Of a stretch of 12,000 nt of DNA, positions 1-5,161 are shown piece after piece (within the stretch, counting starts at the first letter, position 1; each line of letters starts with the position of its first letter). A model generated the notes under the pieces. It was not told the origin of the DNA. It saw only the letters and a list, made by a program, of their open reading frames with translations, and ran no database searches. A program made the position numbers and the translations under genes. Origin of the DNA: a virus (lineage: Duplodnaviria; Heunggongvirae; Uroviricota; Caudoviricetes); IMG/VR virus record IMGVR_UViG_2660238061_000007. One strand, written 5' to 3'.

Positions 1-29
1 TCATTTACTATTTTCTGTAGCGAAACTAA

Positions 30-89
30 GGTGATGCTGCCAACTTACTGATTTAGTGTATGATGGTGTTTTTGAGGTGCTCCAGTGGC
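30..89. mobile_element. IS1 terminal fragment (terminal inverted repeat plus about 60 bp), cut off by the N-gap
   Basis: Sequence GGTGATGCTGCCAACTTACTGATTTAGTGTATGATGGTGTTTTTGAGGTGCTCCAGTGGC matches the remembered IS1 end including the 23-bp terminal inverted repeat; the element is interrupted by N10 at 90-99. Confidence 0.6.
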
Positions 90-99
90 NNNNNNNNNN
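90..99. other. Assembly gap (N10); continuity across it unknown
   Basis: Run of 10 N directly after a truncated IS1 end, typical of a collapsed repeat in a draft assembly. Confidence 0.9.
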
Positions 100-261
100 T
101 ACTTTTGCGCCTCCCAGCCGGACCGGCGCTGCGGCGTAATACGCGGCAATTTCACCAATCCAGCCGGTCAGCCTTTCCCGCTGCTCCTGACTGTTCGCGC
201 CCAGAATAAAATCCATCGCTGACTGCGTATCCAGCTCACTCTCAATGGTGGCGGCATACAT
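100..261 (-). CDS. Hypothetical protein, N-terminal 54 codons only (truncated by gap)
   Basis: Minus-strand ORF starting with ATG at 261..259 (MYAATIESELDTQSAMDFILGANSQEQRERLTGWIGEIAAYYAAAPVRLGGAKV), running into the N-gap; no family recognised. Confidence 0.3.
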
Positions 262-342
262 CGCCTTTATGAAAAGACAGGAAAAAATAAAATTTAAAAA
301 CAGTACATTACGAATGCTCAGACCTATCGTTTAAAGGAGTCG

Positions 343-363
343 CAATACACACTGCAATACACG
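343..363. repeat. Terminal direct repeats GCAATACACA x2 (candidate integrase arm-type or att-associated sites, left island end)
   Basis: gcaatacacactgcaatacac here is 20/21 identical and co-oriented with gcaatacacattgcaatacac at 11035-11055 beside the integrase gene. Confidence 0.5.
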
Positions 364-699
364 ATTATTTATAAGATGAGCGGCATCCGTCATAAAGCTG
401 GTGGATGCTTTTTCTATGCATATATGCACAGTTTTAGTGGGCGTTAATGTCGATATAGGGATCCCCATATCGAGATTGGATACCTGGCTTTTTTCCGGTT
501 AACCTTTAATCAGGCTGGTGGGCTTTACCTGTTTTGTATGAGTGGTCATCATGACCATGTCATAACAAAAACCCCATATTCGTGGTTTTTCTGTGTCGGG
601 CTATTCTGTCGTTGCTGTGCTGATTTGGCTGGTGGGCTGAATCATCATTACGGCGATGCAGCTATGTAGACGTTCCGGCCTCCTCAAATTGAGGATTGT

Positions 700-830
700 G
701 GAAGAATCAATGGGTTAGTCTTACTTTCCCGACATCCCCCAATGGGGGTTTTCGAAACAATCAATAGCTTAGGCTTACTTCCCCGATTTCCTGCATTGCA
801 GGTTTTCGAAATAATCAATGGGTTAGGCCA
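700..830. repeat. About 2.5 copies of a ~54-bp tandem repeat, each copy containing a short GC-stem palindrome
   Basis: Unit GGTTTTCGAAA(C/T)AATCAAT(A/G)G(C/G)TTAGGC at 746-774 and 800-828, partial copy at 700-719; spacers TTACTT(T)CCCGA... are also related; palindromes CCCCCAATGGGGG (735-747), CCTGCATTGCAGG (789-801), GTGCAATTTTGCAC (835-848). Confidence 0.7.
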
Positions 831-1076
831 TCGTGCAATTTTGCACTTTGCCAGCCAGCGCAATGTCGCGTTATCAGTCCTCAGATGTGAGGGATGTAGC
901 CAGCTTTTCCCCCAGTGGGGGATATCCAGCACCGACGGCTTAACTGTGCGTGCCAGCACAAGGTAGCCTTGAACTACTTACTGCATCCCATCTTACAGGC
1001 CGTGCCTTCCTGCTTAACTTTTTGCAATGCAACAAGTCAGCCAGCGCAATTTTGCGTTATCGGGAATATCAGCAAG

Positions 1077-1358
1077 TTACCGCCGCAATCGTTCCGGCTT
1101 CTTCCACTGGTAAGTATTTTTCGCGCTCTCCCTCCGTTGTTGAGAACGGCGACGATATGCCAGCAACTCAAGGACTCTTGTTCGTATGTTGCGCATATCC
1201 ACGCCGTTAAGCTCAATACCGTCACGGCGCATCACCTCAGCCACTACACGCACATAATTATCTGCGGTCACGCTGTCCGGCTGCGTGGCCTGTTCGTCAT
1301 GCTGCTTGCTGATTCCACAAGCACGGCGGATTAATCGCAGTATTTCGGATTCAGTCAT
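1077..1358 (-). CDS. Hypothetical small basic protein (93 aa) downstream of terS
   Basis: Protein-like composition (MTESEILRLIRRACGISKQHDEQ...), same strand and operon position as terS; competing plus-strand ORFs are low-complexity. No confident family. Confidence 0.45.
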   Translation of the reverse strand: MTESEILRLIRRACGISKQHDEQATQPDSVTADNYVRVVAEVMRRDGIELNGVDMRNIRTRVLELLAYRRRSQQRRESAKNTYQWKKPERLRR

Positions 1359-1440
1359 AGCGTACTACGTTACTTATCTTTATTCGGCTGCAACTTATCC
1401 GGTACGTTTCCGGCAGTTTCCATCAGATAATCGGACAGCA

Positions 1441-1911
1441 TCAGCGGTATGTTTTCGTCAAGTTTTGCGCATGCGTTACAGGCTCTGATAACTTCTTTTT
1501 CAGTCCATCCAGCATAGACGGCTTCATGTCGGGAAACTTCCTTGTCATGGCAAGCGGCAGGCTGTCCATGATTGAAGAAATCTGACTCGCCAATTTTGAA
1601 AGCACGTATATACAAAACGCTGTATCAATAACGTCGCCGCGTTCGCGCTCGTTTTTAAGCTCCTGCGCCTCTGCCTGTGCTGTCAGCAATCTGATCCTGA
1701 CTCGTAGGAGTTCATCATCATCAATCTCGCCTTTGTCGTCTGTAATCTGGTTAATTGCATTGCTAACCCGATTGTCTATTACGCTGGCAACATCATAAAA
1801 CGCCTCGCGGCCTTTACGTTCAACGGGAGTCACTCCCCACTTGTCGAACGCTGTCGCACTTACACGGCAGCTTTGCGCCATGTTTTTTTTGTTCATCAGG
1901 TGCGATTTCAT
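1441..1911 (-). CDS. Small terminase subunit, lambda Nu1-like
   Basis: Translation aligns by eye with lambda Nu1: LLTAQAEAQELKNERERGDVIDTAFCIYVLSKLASQISSIMDSLPLAMTRKFPDM versus lambda LTRAQADAQELKNARDSAEVVETAFCTFVLSRIAGEIASILDGLPLSVQRRFPEL; N-terminal MNKK motif also shared. Start is ambiguous (ATG at 1923, 1911 or 1896); 1911 has the best SD (GGGGA). Lies about 130 bp downstream of a cosN. Confidence 0.9.
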   Translation of the reverse strand: MKSHLMNKKNMAQSCRVSATAFDKWGVTPVERKGREAFYDVASVIDNRVSNAINQITDDKGEIDDDELLRVRIRLLTAQAEAQELKNERERGDVIDTAFCIYVLSKLASQISSIMDSLPLAMTRKFPDMKPSMLDGLKKKLSEPVTHAQNLTKTYR

Positions 1912-2022
1912 CAATATCCCCACTTAAGTAATGTTTCAGGTTGGTGTATTGGCTTTATCTTTTCCTTTTTATTCATAGAGATAGAGCGAACAACAAAACC
2001 ACCACCAGCACCCGAAAAAGGC

Positions 2023-2061
2023 TCATAAATAGCGAAAACCCGCGAGGTCGCCGCCCCGTAG
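2023..2061 (-). other. cos: Lambda-type cos site (cosN with 12-nt cohesive end GGGCGGCGACCT)
   Basis: Minus strand reads CTACGGGGCGGCGACCTCGCGGGTTTTCGCTATTTATGA, matching the remembered lambda cos junction over about 37 nt; positioned immediately upstream of the Nu1-like gene as in lambda. Confidence 0.85.
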
Positions 2062-2112
2062 CCTACCGGATCGCCGGAAAGGACCCGCCAGCCAGAACGG
2101 GCCCTAATTTCA

Positions 2113-2496
2113 TCAACCAATCAACTTATAGCGACCATCCCGTGCATTGCGACGTACACGCTCAATCTTGAGGCATAGCGCCGCATCTGGCTTTTTTGGG
2201 ACAGGTACGCGGCAATATTCAGAAGATCGAGGAATATTGTTTATCCAGTCGATCACTTCACTTAAATACCAGGCCTTACGCCCTTCCGTAACCTGCACAC
2301 GCTCCGGGAACTCTCCACTAGCCTCAAGGTTTAGCAATGTGCGACGGCTAAGGGTAGTAAGTTCCATCACCTGATTCATATCAACAAGGCGTTCACTTAA
2401 ACGCATTTTGTCAGCAATAGCCTTTAATTCCTCTACTGCTGGATCCGGATACATCATTTCGGCAATTGGCTTAAGGTCATTGTAATGATTCTGCAT
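2113..2496 (-). CDS. AlpA/Xis-family HTH protein with N-terminal extension (127 aa)
   Basis: Central segment MELTTLSRRTLLNLEASGEFPERVQVTEGRKAWYLSEVIDWI fits the AlpA-type HTH pattern; strong SD (AGGGGGA) 4-5 nt upstream of the ATG, 11 nt after the gpD-like stop. Confidence 0.7.
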   Translation of the reverse strand: MQNHYNDLKPIAEMMYPDPAVEELKAIADKMRLSERLVDMNQVMELTTLSRRTLLNLEASGEFPERVQVTEGRKAWYLSEVIDWINNIPRSSEYCRVPVPKKPDAALCLKIERVRRNARDGRYKLIG

Positions 2497-2507
2497 TGTA
2501 TCCCCCT

Positions 2508-2849
2508 TTACACACGAGCCAGCGGCTGAACAGAAATACCTGAGCCAACAAACGCGGCAACCTTTGCCGACAGTTCTTTTACAGACTCAGGCCAGTTCAG
2601 AGCATCAACATTTAAAACACCTGTCTTATAAACCTGTGCCTGTGTTTTTTTCGCTGTGTCGATTTGTACAGCGGAAACATAAACCGCTTTACCTACGCTC
2701 GAACCATCCCATACCACCAGTGCACCTGTTGCATCTTCCTGCATCAGTGGCGTAAATGCAGGAATTACCCCTTTATTAGCTGAAAATATCCCCAGCGTAG
2801 TCACCAGTGCTTCAGTGCCAGCCATGAGTTCAGTGTAATGAGTAGCCAT
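2508..2849 (-). CDS. Head decoration protein, lambda gpD-like
   Basis: Shared motifs with lambda D by eye: TPLM, VVWDG (lambda VAWDG), YKTG (YKSG), NWPE (LWPE), AAFVGSGISV (TAFAGTAISIV); similar length (113 aa); SD GGGGGAG upstream. Confidence 0.8.
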   Translation of the reverse strand: MATHYTELMAGTEALVTTLGIFSANKGVIPAFTPLMQEDATGALVVWDGSSVGKAVYVSAVQIDTAKKTQAQVYKTGVLNVDALNWPESVKELSAKVAAFVGSGISVQPLARV

Positions 2850-2858
2850 TGCTCCCCC

Positions 2859-3905
2859 TTAGCCAATGCGAACGGTAACAAAACGATTGATGCGGGCCGG
2901 TATTGGCTGTGGTGCTGAATGTGTCTGCACATATTCAATAGCCGGATCACCAGGCACAATATAGTTTTTCGGTGCAAGTTCGGCTTTAGTCAGCCCCATT
3001 CGGATTAGCTCCGGATCCTGAATACCGCCATAGGCGACAATCCCCTGAAGAGCCGTATTGCCAAGCACCATCAAATCAGGATCAAGGAAATGTTTTTCTG
3101 TTCCGTCCTCGTCGGTATAACGCCCGCTGTAAACAACAATCGCAACATCGCCCATATACCCTTTAAAACTCACCGAATCACCAAGGTCTTTAAGGGCCGT
3201 TTCCAGTTCGGAATTAGAACCACGACGGGTATCCAAAGCCTCTTTTATCGCTCTGAATGAACGGTATTTCTTCCATACATTACCACCCATAATGATGATA
3301 TTAGTGACGCCCTCACTAAATTCTGCGTAGCTCTCAATATCATCATTTGGATCAAAAGTTTCTTTATCCTTACCTGACCACTCAGTACCGCCAGACTGAG
3401 TGATGATATTTTGTGGTTTTATATTCCAGTCCAGCTCATAACGTTCAATACCATCGCCCTCAATGATATTTTTCCCCGTTGTGATTGCCTGAACAGCAAG
3501 CCATTCAATACGTGCACGAATAGCTTTAGCCTGATTTACAATCGCCTGTTTAACTTTAATATTACGTGCCCCAAAAGCATTGTATTGCTCAGGTGATACA
3601 CCAGCAGGGCGCACAGCTAACTTATTTGGATCAATGCTGCTTTTCGGCTTCATATAGCCTGGACGAATTGTTTTTGATTCGTACCCTTCGTCACGTGAAA
3701 CTTTACTACCCACCATAGGAGAACAAAACGCTGCAATTGGGATATTTGGATCGTCGATTGTATCAAGAATAATATCGCGCGATTCAAACATTACCGAGCG
3801 AGTAAAAAACAAACTGGTAAACAACGCATTTAGTTGTTTTTGTACATCTACAGCATTAACCACCTGTACAAGCTGAGTAGGCGAATATAAATCAACCATA
3901 CGCAT
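2859..3905 (-). CDS. Major capsid protein, lambda gpE-like
   Basis: Strong similarity by eye to lambda E: NIITQSGGTEWSGKDKETFDPNDDIESYA versus NITQSGGTEWSKRDKSTYDPTDDIEAYA; DTRRGSNSELETALKDLG and GDVAIVVYSG and MVLGNT conserved. Start set at the internal Met (MRMVDLYSPTQL, like lambda MSMYTTAQLL) with SD AAGAGG; the ORF-track extension to 4112 is judged non-coding. Alternative start 3899. Confidence 0.9.
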   Translation of the reverse strand: MRMVDLYSPTQLVQVVNAVDVQKQLNALFTSLFFTRSVMFESRDIILDTIDDPNIPIAAFCSPMVGSKVSRDEGYESKTIRPGYMKPKSSIDPNKLAVRPAGVSPEQYNAFGARNIKVKQAIVNQAKAIRARIEWLAVQAITTGKNIIEGDGIERYELDWNIKPQNIITQSGGTEWSGKDKETFDPNDDIESYAEFSEGVTNIIIMGGNVWKKYRSFRAIKEALDTRRGSNSELETALKDLGDSVSFKGYMGDVAIVVYSGRYTDEDGTEKHFLDPDLMVLGNTALQGIVAYGGIQDPELIRMGLTKAELAPKNYIVPGDPAIEYVQTHSAPQPIPARINRFVTVRIG

Positions 3906-4073
3906 CCTCTTTGCATTCATTAAAAATAATTGTGGATATATGCTACCACCGATATTTGTCATGCGAACACATGCAACCGAGTGCAATGTTGTATAAAGTT
4001 TTGGGGTGACAACTTCAGTGCGGACAATTAGTGTTAATATCTTCACTCCCTTTGGTCGGGATTTATGTAGCAT

Positions 4074-4107
4074 GCCGGAAAATTTATTTTTTCCGGCCTT
4101 TTTTATT
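4074..4107. terminator. Hairpin with T-run (intrinsic-terminator-like) between ssb and the capsid gene
   Basis: GCCGGAAAA (4074-4082), loop TTTATT, TTTTCCGGC (4089-4097), followed by CTTTTTTATT on the plus strand; the minus-strand reading lacks a U-run, so the strand of action is uncertain. Confidence 0.4.
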
Positions 4108-4115
4108 GGCAATAT

Positions 4116-4565
4116 TTAAAACGGGATATCATCTCCCCATTGCTCATTATCTCCCACTGGTGGCTGGCTTCCTTGCTGATCTGCCTGTTGTTTTGCTCTG
4201 TTCAGTTCGTCAGTAGCCTGCCCCTGTTGGCCTTTTTTGCCGCCCGGTCGCGCCGTTCGCGCACTGATTACGCTGTCTGCGATAACCTGCCAGCCCCGCC
4301 GCGTTTCGCCGTTCTGGCCTGTCCACTGGCTTACCTGCATGTTACCCGCCACGCTCACCAGTTCGCCTTTGTGGTGTTTTGCCAGTGCGTCGGCCTGTCT
4401 GCCAAACGCCAGGACGGATAACCACATCGTCGCCGTTCCGTCATCTGCCTGGCTGCACGGCAGGGGAACCGCCATACTCGCCATCGCCATTTGTGTCCCT
4501 TTGCTGGTGGTCTTTAACTGCGGGTCAGCCACCAGCCGCCCGTAAGCCGCTATCTGTGCTGTCAT
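4116..4565 (-). CDS. ssb: Single-stranded DNA-binding protein (SSB)
   Basis: C-terminal acidic tip ...WGDDIPF as in E. coli SSB (DDDIPF); OB-fold region resembles SSB; Gly/Gln-rich linker. Start overlaps the upstream ORF stop (ATGA). Confidence 0.85.
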   Translation of the reverse strand: MTAQIAAYGRLVADPQLKTTSKGTQMAMASMAVPLPCSQADDGTATMWLSVLAFGRQADALAKHHKGELVSVAGNMQVSQWTGQNGETRRGWQVIADSVISARTARPGGKKGQQGQATDELNRAKQQADQQGSQPPVGDNEQWGDDIPF

Positions 4566-4876
4566 GCTGTCTGCTCTCCGGTTTTAACATTGATGGTTGT
4601 CACCTGTTCCGCTTCGGCAATCTCCCGTTCTGTCAGCGTGGCAAAGTTTGCCGCTGCTGTGGTCATGAATGCGCTTATCAGGTCGGGATGTTCCTTCGCG
4701 TATCCTGCCCGTGTGTGGTGGTCTATCGCTTTGATTGCCACCTTTAAGGAAAGCTCTGTCATGTCTAACGCTTTATATTTTGCCTGTGTTCTGTCTCTGC
4801 GAATTTTGGTCATTTGTCGCCCCTGATTCATGTTTTCGGCTGGCATGTTTATTAAGTGATTTTTATGTATGCGCAT
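4562..4876 (-). CDS. Hypothetical protein (up to 104 aa), translationally coupled to ssb
   Basis: ORF with ATGA overlap to the ssb start; no recognised family; start uncertain (internal Mets at residues 11, 16, 22). Confidence 0.45.
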   Translation of the reverse strand: MRIHKNHLINMPAENMNQGRQMTKIRRDRTQAKYKALDMTELSLKVAIKAIDHHTRAGYAKEHPDLISAFMTTAAANFATLTEREIAEAEQVTTINVKTGEQTA

Positions 4877-4925
4877 TTATTTTCACCCCCCCCTCGTTTA
4901 AAAAGTTTTTAGTTGTGCCTCCCCC

Positions 4926-5145
4926 CCTCTACCCATCTACCCGAATGCTCATCATGTCAGTAATGGCGCGGCTTTCAGCGGGTAGATAGCTTTTTGACTC
5001 CTCTACCTGCCGTCTACCCTGCTACCTGAAACTGATAAAATCAGGTAGAAGAGGTAGAGAGCTTTTATTAGCCTTCTACCTAGCCCTATACCCACTTATC
5101 ATGTTGAATAATATGCGTTTATTTTGTTCAGGTAGATGGGGTAGA
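4926..5145. repeat. ori: Iteron-type replication origin (about 11 copies of GGTAGA/TCTACC, often in tandem pairs)
   Basis: ctctacccatctaccc (4926-4942), ggtagata (4981), ctctacctgccgtctaccc (5001-5019), ggtagaagaggtagaga (5043-5059), ttctacct (5076), ggtagatggggtagatgg (5132-5149); flanked by AT-rich and poly-C tracts; immediately 3' of the primase gene. Confidence 0.7.
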
Positions 5146-5161
5146 TGGCTTTTACAAAAAA

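Noticed and set aside
262-342. tRNA gene as integration target at the island ends
   Set aside because: P4-type integrases often target tRNA 3' ends, but no cloverleaf-compatible sequence (acceptor stem, T-loop GTTCGAATC-like motif, CCA) is seen at either junction.
700-830. CRISPR array interpretation of the 29-bp repeats with 25-bp spacers
   Set aside because: The spacers are themselves related (whole 54-bp unit repeats), copies are degenerate, and there are only about 2.5 units with no cas genes; this is a tandem repeat, not CRISPR.
684-1334. Overlapping ORFs 684-959 (minus), 742-966, 915-1334 and 950-1210 (plus) in the repeat region
   Set aside because: Low-complexity translations of repeat DNA, mutually overlapping and overlapping the more protein-like minus-strand orf93; no SD support.
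1370-1615. 81-aa minus-strand ORF overlapping the 3' part of terS in another frame
   Set aside because: Overlaps the Nu1-like CDS, which has clear homology; alternative-frame artefact.
1911-2171. ORFs 1911-2120 (minus) and 1941-2171 (plus) across the cos region
   Set aside because: They cover the cosN/cosB non-coding region, whose sequence is explained by the lambda-like cos site; no SD and no homology.
3906-4112. N-terminal 69-codon extension of the capsid ORF in the six-frame track
   Set aside because: Homology to lambda gpE begins at the internal Met (3905), which has an SD; the extension covers the ssb-capsid intergenic region with a hairpin and promoter-like sequence.
4140-4747. Plus-strand ORFs antisense to ssb and orf104
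   Set aside because: Antisense to the SSB CDS, which has the canonical DDIPF tail; Pro/Cys/Arg-rich translations, no SD.
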